Source: a virus
Taxonomy: Duplodnaviria; Caudoviricetes
Strand: one strand, 5' to 3'
Virus record (IMG/VR): IMGVR_UViG_3300008110_000055
Location: 1 to 59,685 of that record
Length of the DNA stretch: 59,685 bases
Part shown: one piece after another, positions 30,235 to 39,400 of the stretch
Layout of the letters: each line of letters begins with the position of its first letter
Position numbering within the stretch: position 1 is the stretch's first letter
Made by a program: the position numbers and the translations under genes
Notes under the pieces: model-generated
The model's input: the letters and a program-made list of their open reading frames with translations, nothing else
Database searches by the model: none
Told to the model about the DNA's origin: nothing

Positions 30235-30316
30235 GTGGGTGACTGAGTACCGAGTGTGTCAGCTCAAGCACCAGTTCCTTACCGAGTGCTTCGAGGCTAC
30301 GAGGAAGAAGGACTAA
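30053..30316 (+). CDS. rz1: Outer-membrane lipoprotein spanin (Rz1-like)
   Basis: Signal peptide MRTKLLTLILLAILATMSSG-C with lipobox Cys, Pro-rich mature part, overlaps Rz in another frame; implies a Gram-negative host. Confidence 0.75.
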   Translation: MRTKLLTLILLAILATMSSGCSMMPSPKPNVVCPAVVLEPCSPLNPLRNPSAGELKTRSNEWVTEYRVCQLKHQFLTECFEATRKKD

Positions 30317-30353
30317 AAGAAAAACCCCCGGCGATTAACCGGGGGTTCTTTTT
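30315..30353. terminator. Bidirectional intrinsic terminator between the convergent arms
   Basis: A-rich flank, AACCCCCGG/CCGGGGGTT stem, T-rich flank. Confidence 0.9.
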
Positions 30354-30358
30354 ACTAC

Positions 30359-30595
30359 TTAGTTGTGATCTCCGGGATCTCCGAAGTCTAACTCTAGTTG
30401 CTCGGGAGGCTCTTCGCCGTCGAACGGTTCGTCCCCGTTTAGTAGCTGTTCGATCTCGGTCAGCAGCATAATCAGCGTGTCTGTGATCTGGCTGCTACGC
30501 TCAGTGTCTAGCAGTACCGCCTTGTCTAGAGCACGCTCAAGTAGCAGCTTTGCTCTGTAGACGCTACGTGCTGGTAGGTCATCACCCCAATCCAT
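30359..30595 (-). CDS. Hypothetical protein
   Basis: GAGGAG RBS; last gene of the - arm. Confidence 0.6.
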   Translation of the reverse strand: MDWGDDLPARSVYRAKLLLERALDKAVLLDTERSSQITDTLIMLLTEIEQLLNGDEPFDGEEPPEQLELDFGDPGDHN

Positions 30596-30597
30596 AG

Positions 30598-30786
30598 TTA
30601 CGTTCTCCTCTTGCTTGGTACATAGTGCCCGCCAAGGGCCGAGCGAATGTGAGGAGTCACATCAGTCCCCGCAGGAAACGCACGCCTGATGATGTCTACT
30701 GCTTCTACTTTGTTGCCGGCTAGAAACTTGGACACTGCGTTAGCGTACAGTCGGTCGGTCATGATTCGTCGATCTTGGACTAGCAT
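30598..30786 (-). CDS. Hypothetical protein
   Basis: ORF packing. Confidence 0.5.
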   Translation of the reverse strand: MLVQDRRIMTDRLYANAVSKFLAGNKVEAVDIIRRAFPAGTDVTPHIRSALGGHYVPSKRRT

Positions 30787-30798
30787 CTAGGTACCTTG

Positions 30799-31626
30799 TT
30801 AGTTGTTGGCTAGGCTAAAGCGTTCTTTGGCACGCTTGTAGTTACGCTGGAGGAATCGTGCAAGAGACGTACCTTCGTACTCCTCACACAGGTAGTTCAT
30901 GTCTAGAGGCATCTCGCTAAAGTCACCGTCCCGTACGGCGTTGAGTACGACAACTCCTCGCCAATGGGAATTCGCCATACCTTTGTACGGCTCGTCATGG
31001 AGATAGCAAGAGCCCGCGACAATTCCTCTAATGACTTTCCCGGTGGCAAGCTGCTTAGATCCGATATCGTAGCCCTGAACGTGCCCTTGGACATAAGGAA
31101 CTCCAATTGCAGAGAGCTTGTGGTGTGCGGTGCCTCCGATCGGACGACCTGTATTTGGGTTGGAGAAATAGTGCGCGTACGTAATTCCGTCCACAACGAC
31201 CGCGCGAGGGCCTCCATTGAAATACTCGACGACCTCCCACCCAAGCGACCGGTCAACCAAGTTGTGAGGACCCATGAGCCCGTCAAGACGAGGATCGTTA
31301 GCAATAGTGCGATCCATTCGATGTTCATGATTACCTCGGAGAATGATCTTGCGCTTAGGTTTGAAGTCACCCATGGAGTGCTCTAGGATTCGCAGCGCTT
31401 CGTTGCCTGCCTCTACGTCCTTGATGTACCGGGCTCCTTCCTTATCGATCGAGCCAGCGGGAGACCAGCTACTGAGGGAATGAAAGTCCCAGTGATCTCC
31501 CATGTGGATAACTACGTCAGGCTTGTAGCGGGCGATCGCCTTGCCTACCCACTCGAAGTGTACCATGGGAGTACCCGGACTAACCTGCGTGTCAGGGATA
31601 ATTAGGTGACGCTTGGCTTTACTCAT
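30799..31626 (-). CDS. Calcineurin-like metallophosphoesterase
   Basis: IPDTQ, GDHWD, GNHE, AHYF, GH motifs. Confidence 0.85.
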   Translation of the reverse strand: MSKAKRHLIIPDTQVSPGTPMVHFEWVGKAIARYKPDVVIHMGDHWDFHSLSSWSPAGSIDKEGARYIKDVEAGNEALRILEHSMGDFKPKRKIILRGNHEHRMDRTIANDPRLDGLMGPHNLVDRSLGWEVVEYFNGGPRAVVVDGITYAHYFSNPNTGRPIGGTAHHKLSAIGVPYVQGHVQGYDIGSKQLATGKVIRGIVAGSCYLHDEPYKGMANSHWRGVVVLNAVRDGDFSEMPLDMNYLCEEYEGTSLARFLQRNYKRAKERFSLANN

Positions 31627-31828
31627 CGATAGTCTGTCCAGTGAACTGCCAGTACGGAACGAAGAAGAACCAGAAGGCTGTGTGGTACCACTTAGGTGGG
31701 ATCTGTACGTTTACGGCAAACGCCCCATCTTCGTCTGACATGTCTACGATCTGATAGGCGGTACGGTAGAACAGAAACGCACCCATTAGGTACAGCCATA
31801 GGATAACAAATGCTACGTACTCGTTCAT
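31619..31828 (-). CDS. Small membrane protein
   Basis: Two hydrophobic segments; coupled ORF. Confidence 0.55.
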   Translation of the reverse strand: MNEYVAFVILWLYLMGAFLFYRTAYQIVDMSDEDGAFAVNVQIPPKWYHTAFWFFFVPYWQFTGQTIDE

Positions 31829-32022
31829 TAGTTTACTGTCTCCTGCTTAGTCTCGCCGTACTTGGCGATGAAGTTAAGGACTAGCTGTCCCATGACCAGC
31901 GCTGCCGGTACGTTACCCTGCTCGTAGATCACACCGTCCGGGGTCTCGAATGCTGCCTCTACCTTGATGCCGTTGTCCGGCGCTTCAGTCAGGGTCAGCT
32001 TAAACTGCGATAGCTCAGCCAT
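31828..32022 (-). CDS. Hypothetical protein
   Basis: Coupled ORF. Confidence 0.55.
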   Translation of the reverse strand: MAELSQFKLTLTEAPDNGIKVEAAFETPDGVIYEQGNVPAALVMGQLVLNFIAKYGETKQETVN

Positions 32023-32434
32023 CCTTACGTTCCTCCATCCACTCGGGCGGGATCTCGCCGTGCTCCGATACGTGATACTTGATACCTACCTTACGGCACC
32101 AGTCAGAGTAGCGAGTCTTACTCTGCTTGGAGATCTTGTTATCGCGCATCAGCAGGATGCGGATGTCTAGATCTGGATGCTGTTCTACTACTAGCTGCAT
32201 CTTCTCACGAGCCTTGGCATCCAGCTTGCCCTTTGCTTCGACGTAGATCCCGTTGAACAGGATGAAGTCTGGCGTGTACCTACGGTTCTTAACAGGAACC
32301 TTGTACGGGATGCTGACTGACTCGTAGCTGAAGTCTACGTCATTACTCTGTAAGAATTTCCAGAGCTTGCGTTCGTAGCCTGATCTAGTATCGCTTAGTG
32401 TCTTAGCTTTAGGCGGTGCCGGTTTCTTAGGCAT
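32015..32434 (-). CDS. T7 endonuclease I-like Holliday junction resolvase
   Basis: RSGYE, YTPDF, YVEAKG, HPDLDIR, YSDWC motifs. Confidence 0.9.
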   Translation of the reverse strand: MPKKPAPPKAKTLSDTRSGYERKLWKFLQSNDVDFSYESVSIPYKVPVKNRRYTPDFILFNGIYVEAKGKLDAKAREKMQLVVEQHPDLDIRILLMRDNKISKQSKTRYSDWCRKVGIKYHVSEHGEIPPEWMEERKDG

Positions 32435-33137
32435 CCTTTAGAACCTTCCACGCTGTAGGCCAGAGCGCCTCTAGCTGCTTGTCAATCTCTGCGGCGTAGT
32501 GACGGATCTCTAGCTGTGCGCCTTCGTCGATGCGTAGCTTATACCAGTGGGCCCAGTTACGCAAGTTAAAGGTACAGTAGAAGCGTGTCACCATCGCTGT
32601 AGGCAGCACTCCCCGCGCCAGTTCCCGCGCAACTCCAAGCTCAAGCATGCTGTTGTAGCTCTGCAGGGCGTCCTGAATCCCCATCTTGTATTCTTCAGAC
32701 GCTTCTCGCTGCCTCTCGACTGCCCCTTCGCTCGACTGCTTGTTCTTAGCCGCTTGGGCACGGAACGTATCGGGGATGTAGTACGTGTCCGAAGGATCGC
32801 TGGTGTACCTCATAGAAATCTCATTAAACTGGCCAGTTCTATGCCGCATCCACTCTCGTGCTACGTACAACGGAGCTTCGATAAGGAACGAAGCACTTTG
32901 ATGTTCAAAAGGAGAGAAGTGCTTGTGCTCCGCTAGGAATCGCATCAGCTTTAGATCCTTCTCGGGATCGTCTCCAGTCTTGTCCTCTCGTCCGTGAGAT
33001 ACTCGGGCTGCGGATACCGGAAAAGTATCGGCGTCCTCGTACCACACAGTACCGAACTCGTCTATATTCTTTTGCATCGTGTAAGCTACTAGCTCGATAC
33101 GCATATCGGCTAGCGTCTTGAAGTTAATCCCAGCCAC
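32427..33137 (-). CDS. thyX: Flavin-dependent thymidylate synthase
   Basis: AARVS, HFSPFE, RHR(x7)SMRY, AQLEIR. Confidence 0.95.
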   Translation of the reverse strand: MAGINFKTLADMRIELVAYTMQKNIDEFGTVWYEDADTFPVSAARVSHGREDKTGDDPEKDLKLMRFLAEHKHFSPFEHQSASFLIEAPLYVAREWMRHRTGQFNEISMRYTSDPSDTYYIPDTFRAQAAKNKQSSEGAVERQREASEEYKMGIQDALQSYNSMLELGVARELARGVLPTAMVTRFYCTFNLRNWAHWYKLRIDEGAQLEIRHYAAEIDKQLEALWPTAWKVLKDA

Positions 33138-33465
33138 TGTTGTCCTCCGGCTTACCAGCCATCACGCGTTCCATGTTGTACAGCGCACGTTCAACATCCA
33201 CCGGATACCACCCTGCCGAGTCTCGCGTGTTAACGCCGAAGCAATCCATGAAGATCTTTTGCGTATCTGAGTTCAGGCTGTGAACTAGATCATCAAACGC
33301 TGCGTCAGTTACTCTTACTCCGTAGTCTGTTCGAACGATAGGCACTCCGTAGGCTTCGCACTTCGGGCAGCCTGAGAGGATTTGGTCTGGACCCAAGGGC
33401 ACGTGCTGTCGCGCTTCCTTAGAATCCACAGTAGCTGTGCCATTTCGCTTAGTTTGCTTTGCCAT
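33124..33465 (-). CDS. Hypothetical protein
   Basis: ORF overlapping the exonuclease end; start uncertain. Confidence 0.45.
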   Translation of the reverse strand: MAKQTKRNGTATVDSKEARQHVPLGPDQILSGCPKCEAYGVPIVRTDYGVRVTDAAFDDLVHSLNSDTQKIFMDCFGVNTRDSAGWYPVDVERALYNMERVMAGKPEDNSGWD

Positions 33466-34106
33466 TCGTCTTCTCCATAGTAGCGACGGTATTCGCGCTT
33501 ACACACCTCGAACCATCCGTCAGGGTTATCGCTCTCGTCTAGCAGCTTCTCTGCAGTCTTAGGACCAATCTTAGGTACACCCTGAATGTTGTCCGTAGGA
33601 TCACCAGTCAGTAGCTGAGTAAAGAACCATCGCTCTGCAGCAAGGCCGTCGATGAACTTGGCTTCGCCCTTGACGAAGTTGTAGTGCCAGCCCTTGATCA
33701 TCTTCATATCCTTGTCGATAGAGATGATACAGCTCTTGCCCTTCAGCTCGTACTGTCGAATGCCCTGCATATCGTCAGGCTCAATGCCATCGGTAGGGAT
33801 TGCCTTGTGGTACTTGATCAAGTACTCCCTAATCTCATTATAGTACTGAGGCTTGGGCGTGTCAAGTCTGTTACCCTTGTAGGGCTTGGTCTTCGCAATC
33901 TCGTTCCGGAAGTTACCACTGCCGCTGATGTACAGCTCCGCCTTACTGTCGAATGGAGCGAGCGCGTTGGCTACTACCATCTTGACAGAGTGCAGTACGT
34001 TCTCGATCGGCTCGTCTTTCTCGGCTGCGAAGCCTACGCGGTAGACAATCAGATCGCAATCAAGGAGCGGGGTCAGCTTCCGAATCTTGGTAAGTGAATC
34101 GCTCAC
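33315..34106 (-). CDS. 5'-3' exonuclease (T7 gp6/FEN-like)
   Basis: LLDCD, YKGNR, EPDD, DKD, GDPTDNIQGVPKIGPKTA. Confidence 0.9.
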   Translation of the reverse strand: MSDSLTKIRKLTPLLDCDLIVYRVGFAAEKDEPIENVLHSVKMVVANALAPFDSKAELYISGSGNFRNEIAKTKPYKGNRLDTPKPQYYNEIREYLIKYHKAIPTDGIEPDDMQGIRQYELKGKSCIISIDKDMKMIKGWHYNFVKGEAKFIDGLAAERWFFTQLLTGDPTDNIQGVPKIGPKTAEKLLDESDNPDGWFEVCKREYRRYYGEDEWQSKLSEMAQLLWILRKRDSTCPWVQTKSSQAARSAKPTECLSFEQTTE

Positions 34107-34401
34107 CTTTGTATTCTCCTTGAGGTGTATAGTAGATGCCTTCGATCAGCAGATCGTTAAGCTCGGCAGCTACGCGATGGTGTAGGACTAGCACGATCCT
34201 CTGTGAATCCAGATCAGTGTAGCCGCGTCTCAGAATATCTAGGGCTGTCTTGATCCTGCCGAATAGGCTTTTGTCCGGAGCTTCTACAGCGAAGGGCGTG
34301 TGGAATGTGATCGTACACCAGTCACCACTACGTCGTACTTCTTTTAGTTCGCTAGTACGTGAGGGGAACACAATAAGCGAAGGCTCATTCGAGTTCGTCA
34401 T
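34060..34401 (-). CDS. Hypothetical protein
   Basis: ORF packing, GGAGG upstream. Confidence 0.5.
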   Translation of the reverse strand: MTNSNEPSLIVFPSRTSELKEVRRSGDWCTITFHTPFAVEAPDKSLFGRIKTALDILRRGYTDLDSQRIVLVLHHRVAAELNDLLIEGIYYTPQGEYKGERFTYQDSEADPAP

Positions 34402-34567
34402 CTAGTCTATTCCTCCAGTTAGTATCTCGTTCGTATGGCTGGTGCAGTGGATGATCTCGCCGCCCCAGCTTCTCGTCTTTCTTCTTGTCCCGAAAACGGG
34501 AGGGCTTGGTGTATTCGTGCATAGCCTTGGCTACTGGATTACGAAGCTTGGGAGGCTTGATACTCAT
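34385..34567 (-). CDS. Small basic hypothetical protein
   Basis: RNPVAK...DKK motif common in phage small proteins. Confidence 0.5.
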   Translation of the reverse strand: MSIKPPKLRNPVAKAMHEYTKPSRFRDKKKDEKLGRRDHPLHQPYERDTNWRNRLDDELE

Positions 34568-34805
34568 ATCCTGTTTCCACTAGAGTCTCGTAGTTGCTAT
34601 CTTGCAGTACGCCATACACTACACCCGGCAGCTCTGACAGACGGATCGGGAACGTATCGATCTCTTGGTTATCAAGAGGACGCACCTTAACTACCAAGCG
34701 CTGTCCGTCGCAGTTACCCTCGAAGTAGAAGAGGGTACGTAGGTAGTTAGAGAATCTTACATCAGTAAAGCCGTACGTCTCCTTGAACTCCTTAACGGTT
34801 GTCAC
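34539..34805 (-). CDS. Hypothetical protein
   Basis: ORF packing, GGAGG upstream. Confidence 0.5.
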   Translation of the reverse strand: MTTVKEFKETYGFTDVRFSNYLRTLFYFEGNCDGQRLVVKVRPLDNQEIDTFPIRLSELPGVVYGVLQDSNYETLVETGYEYQASQAS

Positions 34806-35139
34806 CGCTACCTCCGATTACGTTACGAGTCATGCGAGAGGTAAGCTTGGCTACGTTGCCGTCAACAGCTTCCTGCATCATGATACCCTGATCCTTGAGG
34901 CACCGTGCTAGCTGCCACAGAATGTCACCGCCTTCCTTGACTAGATCAGCACGTAGCTTCTCGACGTGTACTACGTATTCTTCGGGTGGCATACCGCGAC
35001 CAGCTACGTCGCGCTTAAACTTAGCTAGCTTGCCTAGGAACTCTCCAACCTCTTCAGCCAGAGCTAGCTGTGGATAAGCCGGGTCAGTGTAGATAGCAGT
35101 AGTCTCAGTCCAGTCTTGGTATTCGTTAAACTCTTTCAT
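34792..35139 (-). CDS. MazG-like nucleotide pyrophosphohydrolase
   Basis: FNEYQ, LAEEVGE, KEGGDILW, N..KL..R...GSGDNR. Confidence 0.9.
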   Translation of the reverse strand: MKEFNEYQDWTETTAIYTDPAYPQLALAEEVGEFLGKLAKFKRDVAGRGMPPEEYVVHVEKLRADLVKEGGDILWQLARCLKDQGIMMQEAVDGNVAKLTSRMTRNVIGGSGDNR

Positions 35140-35311
35140 AGTGTAGTCCTAGTGAGTTAAGTACCTTGAGACCTTCTTCGTATTCCTCTAGAGTGTAGTA
35201 CGGCCCGCCACAACACTCTGGGTCACTGCACGAATTGTCGCTTAGATACAGCAGCATATCCTCGGTAGCATAACGCAGCTTATTCAGCTCGTCAGTTGTT
35301 AGCGTTCGCAT
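35126..35311 (-). CDS. Hypothetical protein
   Basis: CSDPECCGG motif; ORF packing. Confidence 0.5.
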   Translation of the reverse strand: MRTLTTDELNKLRYATEDMLLYLSDNSCSDPECCGGPYYTLEEYEEGLKVLNSLGLHYERV

Positions 35312-35771
35312 TCAGCACCTTATGCGGTAGATCGTTAAGATCTGGATAATTGCGAGTAAAGTGGAGGATCATGGTAGTGTTGCAGAGAATGTGACCGATG
35401 TGAGACAGACCTGATTCGGCGTCGTTTTCCTGCTCTTCTACCCACAGAGCGTGTGCGTGTCGCAGAGCGCAAGCTACAGGGATAGACCACGCCATGCCCT
35501 TAGCCCAGTTCCACGCGGCGTACTTACGCTTGCCATACTCGAACACGTGGGCGCAGTCTGCTACGTGCTCCCGCATCATCATGTTGTGCCAGTGTGTCAG
35601 AGCGGAATCATCGCCTGCAAACATTAGATCATGAAGAGCGTCAGCTAGATCTAGGTGAGTCCTGCCTTTTACATAAAGCAGCCTGGGCGGAATCAAGCTA
35701 AGGTCCGGCTTACCGTCGTTAAAGCGGGCACCACTCCCTCGCTCAGTACTATTAACGTTTCCAATTGGCAT
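35292..35771 (-). CDS. dATP/dGTP diphosphohydrolase-like (DUF5664-type) protein
   Basis: RFNDGKP.LSLIP, YG..KY..WNW.KG, RH, D.ESGL.H..H motifs. Confidence 0.8.
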   Translation of the reverse strand: MPIGNVNSTERGSGARFNDGKPDLSLIPPRLLYVKGRTHLDLADALHDLMFAGDDSALTHWHNMMMREHVADCAHVFEYGKRKYAAWNWAKGMAWSIPVACALRHAHALWVEEQENDAESGLSHIGHILCNTTMILHFTRNYPDLNDLPHKVLNANANN

Positions 35772-36192
35772 TTACTTTGTACTCCTCGATTCCTTGTTCA
35801 GTCGTGTAGACAACACGTACAATACCGGCAAGCTCAATCTCGCTAGCACACGCAGCACATGGCTTGCAGTTGGCCCACTTGCCATTCCGATCAAGCCGGG
35901 CAACGTAGATGGTGTGTAGCTCTGTACCAAGCCAGCGTTCTTCATTGCAAAAGTCCTCGGCGTCTAGGATAGCTGAAAGTTCTGCGTGAAGGCAAGGGTT
36001 CTCGATCTGCTTACCAGCACGTTTATTGGCGGCGTACTGACGCGGGTGGGTTCTTCGCTGGTTGTGTCCAGACCCGAGGTTGTTGCCGCGATTATCACTA
36101 ACTACTGCGCCAATCTTAACCCTGCCGAAAGTACTCTGAGTACTCTGATACAAGGCGTTAGCTATTCCCTTTCGGTCTCTGTCGTTAATCAT
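35752..36192 (-). CDS. Zn-dependent cytidine/dCMP deaminase-fold protein
   Basis: GAVV, HAE, KPCAAC. Confidence 0.85.
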   Translation of the reverse strand: MINDRDRKGIANALYQSTQSTFGRVKIGAVVSDNRGNNLGSGHNQRRTHPRQYAANKRAGKQIENPCLHAELSAILDAEDFCNEERWLGTELHTIYVARLDRNGKWANCKPCAACASEIELAGIVRVVYTTEQGIEEYKVNANWKR

Positions 36193-36246
36193 TGTAAGTC
36201 TCTAGTTATGGTGCCCCGTGTAACGCCGGGGCCACGCGCTTACAGC

Positions 36247-36411
36247 TTAGCGAATAGCCATCTCTCGATGGGTATCCCAGATACCGTAGTTAGGATTGCC
36301 GTCCTTGTGGGCACGCGCCTCGCCGCGAGTAGCGGCACGACGCATAGGCTTAGCTACGCCCGTCCTGGCAAAGGTGTTCTTTGAAAAGATGAAGTAACGA
36401 TGCTTACTCAT
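36247..36411 (-). CDS. Small basic hypothetical protein
   Basis: AAGGAG RBS before ATG 36411; followed by a GC hairpin at ~36211-36235. Confidence 0.55.
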   Translation of the reverse strand: MSKHRYFIFSKNTFARTGVAKPMRRAATRGEARAHKDGNPNYGIWDTHREMAIR

Positions 36412-36422
36412 ACTAAGTCTCC

Positions 36423-39400
36423 TTATAGGATATCGCATACCCCCGCCGTACAAGCGAGGTTCTGTACACCAGTAGTGGTATCTTCGCGCTCGAAGTCCGA
36501 GAGCTTAGACCAGTCAATGTTCTTCGGGAAAGCTTCGGCAGCCTTTACATAAGTAAGCTCGTCGATCTCTTGGTAGGGAGCTTGCTTGTAAGTACCGCCA
36601 TCGTAGGGAAGGAACGAGATACCGCTCAGGTCGTTGAAGTTCTTAAACACCCAAGCTCCTACGTCAACCCACTCGTGTTCCTCTACGTTGATCGTGACAC
36701 TGACCTGATGCTCTGCCCAGTGCTTGTTGTAGATCATCCACAGCTCTAGGTGATCCAGCGCCTTCACATCATCACGCGTCTTGCAGACGTCGGGAGCCTT
36801 GATCGGGAAGTAGAACACTGTAGTACTGTCAGGCTTCATCACGCAAGGCTCGTTAGGAATACCCATAGCCTTCATAAAGTCCGTCATCGGATCCTTGTTG
36901 TCACCACGCACAGAGCGTAGATAGAACTTAGAGTGACGAGGGTGGATACCAGAAGCGGCGTTGGTTAGCTGACTAACTGTTCCACTTGGCTTAATTGTTG
37001 ACGTAGCAGCGGAGCGATTGATGCCTAGGGCGTCAGCTAGCTCTGCGTTAACGACGTTGACGTGCGCCTTAAGCTGCTCAAGAAACTCAGCCAGCTTAGC
37101 CTTACCCATGTCACCGTTAGTCAGACTGTTGTCGTAGATGCCAGTAAGGCTTACTCCAAGTAGTCGCTCTTCCTCAGCGTTCTTTTTCCAGATCGGACGT
37201 ACGTATCGAAAGTTGGTGAATGTAGACTGGATCGTACCAAGGATCGCAGCGATGCTAGCCTTGCGCAGAAGAGAGCTTTCAGTATCATCAGCACGTACCA
37301 CTACCTCACTCAGTTATGTTAATCCCAATTCGCTAGATCGGGACGATAGGTTTTAAGTACCCACTGCGAGAACTTAACAAGTTCGTCAACGCTGGCTGCA
37401 CCTTTCATAGCGTTAGCACATTGACTTAGAACTTGGATGTTATCCTTAGTATAACCACGGTCATTATCAATTCTATCTAAGCTGGGGCTATTCTTATAAG
37501 CTCCCGATTTGCCTGAGTTAGCATTGATAGTAATGCCTGTAGCTGGACATACATCAGGAATCATAATGTCGTCTGCGGTCAGATCAAACTCAATGCCCTT
37601 GTATTTGGCACGCTGTTTAGCTCTCTGCCACATCTTCCATTGAGGAGTCATGCTTTTTACTCGACTGCAATTGCACTTCTTACAAAGTACCATCTTGCTA
37701 GTCTTCTCGAAGATAACTCCGCAGTTAGTACATTCTCTGTGCGTATCTGATTCCAGATAGCCCATGAGATTCTTCTTGAGTTCCATAGGTGTCCTCCTCT
37801 AGAGGTAAGGTTATGTAATCTTGTGACATTACATAGACACCAATAGTTCCCTAAAACCTATACCCTTATGTTTCCATAAGGCTCAGACTATATCATCACC
37901 CTCTTGCGAGGGGCTGGGCGCTTCCACTCCGCTTGGAGTGTACGAGCATAAGCTCTAGTCGTTGAACCTTCCCCGCCTAGCGGGGCTTGGCTGCTGATTG
38001 TCCTCGTCACTACACGTTAGGAGTTTCCAGCAATTCACCCAGTTTTACAACCTCTATGATTAAAGGTTACACAAGCCCGCAGAACGCAAGGCGATTTCCG
38101 CACCTTTATTGTTACTCGTCATTTAGACGGGGTTGGACGTTTGCGCCAACCTCCTCGCATTCCTGCGAGGAACAGACTATATCATCACCCTCAGACAGAG
38201 GGGCCAATCGTCCGAGCTTGTAGAGAAAAGACTTCTTAACGTAAGGAAGAATGATAGACTCAAACTTATCATTGTCCTTAGTACGAAGAGAAAGGTACCA
38301 GTATTTGTTTTGGCGATTAACGTTGAACTCAAGGCCCAGCTTCTCACGGATAGCCTGCTTAAGCAGCAGGTTATCTCCGTAGCTAAATCCTTTAGTGTTC
38401 AGCGTATACTTCGGAGAAGCGTTGCAACGCTTATCAACAAAACGAGATCCATCGGCCATGAAGATAATAGCAAGAGCTTCAGCATCAAGCATAGTCAGCA
38501 TGTGAGGATCGATCACCTTCTTACCATCAATATAAACTCTCTCGTGAATCTTGGTCAGCAGCGGATGCACGCGACTTTCTAGGCGCACTTGCGGAGCGCG
38601 ATTAAATCCGTCCGTGTTGTAGTCCTTACGCTGATAGATACGAGTACCGCAGTTTATAGCAGCGAGACTGTCTGCACACATAGTCACATAATCAAGATTA
38701 GCTTCGCGCATGTTCATAATGAACCTAGCGTTGTCGCACTTGCCAGTGATGTACAGCCCGCCGTCAAACGTACTAAAGTAATAGAGACGCTTGATGATAT
38801 CTTTCTTGTTGCTCATAGTCGTTACACCTCCCATATCGGGTTGGCACGGTATTGTCTGGTCTAGACTTCCACCGTTTTTAGATTGGTTATTCAGCGCAGT
38901 TTACACTGCGAGGCCGCTAGCATTTAACGGGTTAGTGCCTACGATCTTATCGGCGTCACGCTTACCGATACGCTCCGTCTTATCTCGGATACCCTTACGA
39001 TAGTAGATCCCGCGCTCGCCACTCTTACTGTTGTAAAGAGATGTCCACTCTTCTAGGAACTGACCGATGGTCGGTACGTCCTCGTACACGGCGGAGTTGT
39101 TAGCCAGAGCAAACTCCGGGTTACGCTCCCACCACATACCAGCCTTGGCGTCACGTACACGAGGAGAGCTTAGGTCAGACAGAGAGATCAGCGCCGAACG
39201 GCGTACGCCGCCAACCACTACAATCTCACCAATCTTGCAGACTAGGCCATGTACCTCTAGATCAGTGAGCTTGCGGCCAGCAGCACCACGGAAAGTACGA
39301 ATGGTATAATTGAATAGATCCACCAGCGGGTCAGGACCAGACGCGCGTCCTCCAAATACCTTAAGCCTCGCTCCCTTGGGCCGGACTTTGGATACATCGA

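Noticed and set aside
282-30316. TAG stop-codon recoding suggested by abundant CTAG
   Set aside because: Genes are intact and densely packed under the standard code, the TAGs are out of frame, and there is no CUA-anticodon tRNA
34792-35771. 2-aminoadenine (Z) genome
   Set aside because: No PurZ-like ORF is visible; these hydrolases alone are not diagnostic
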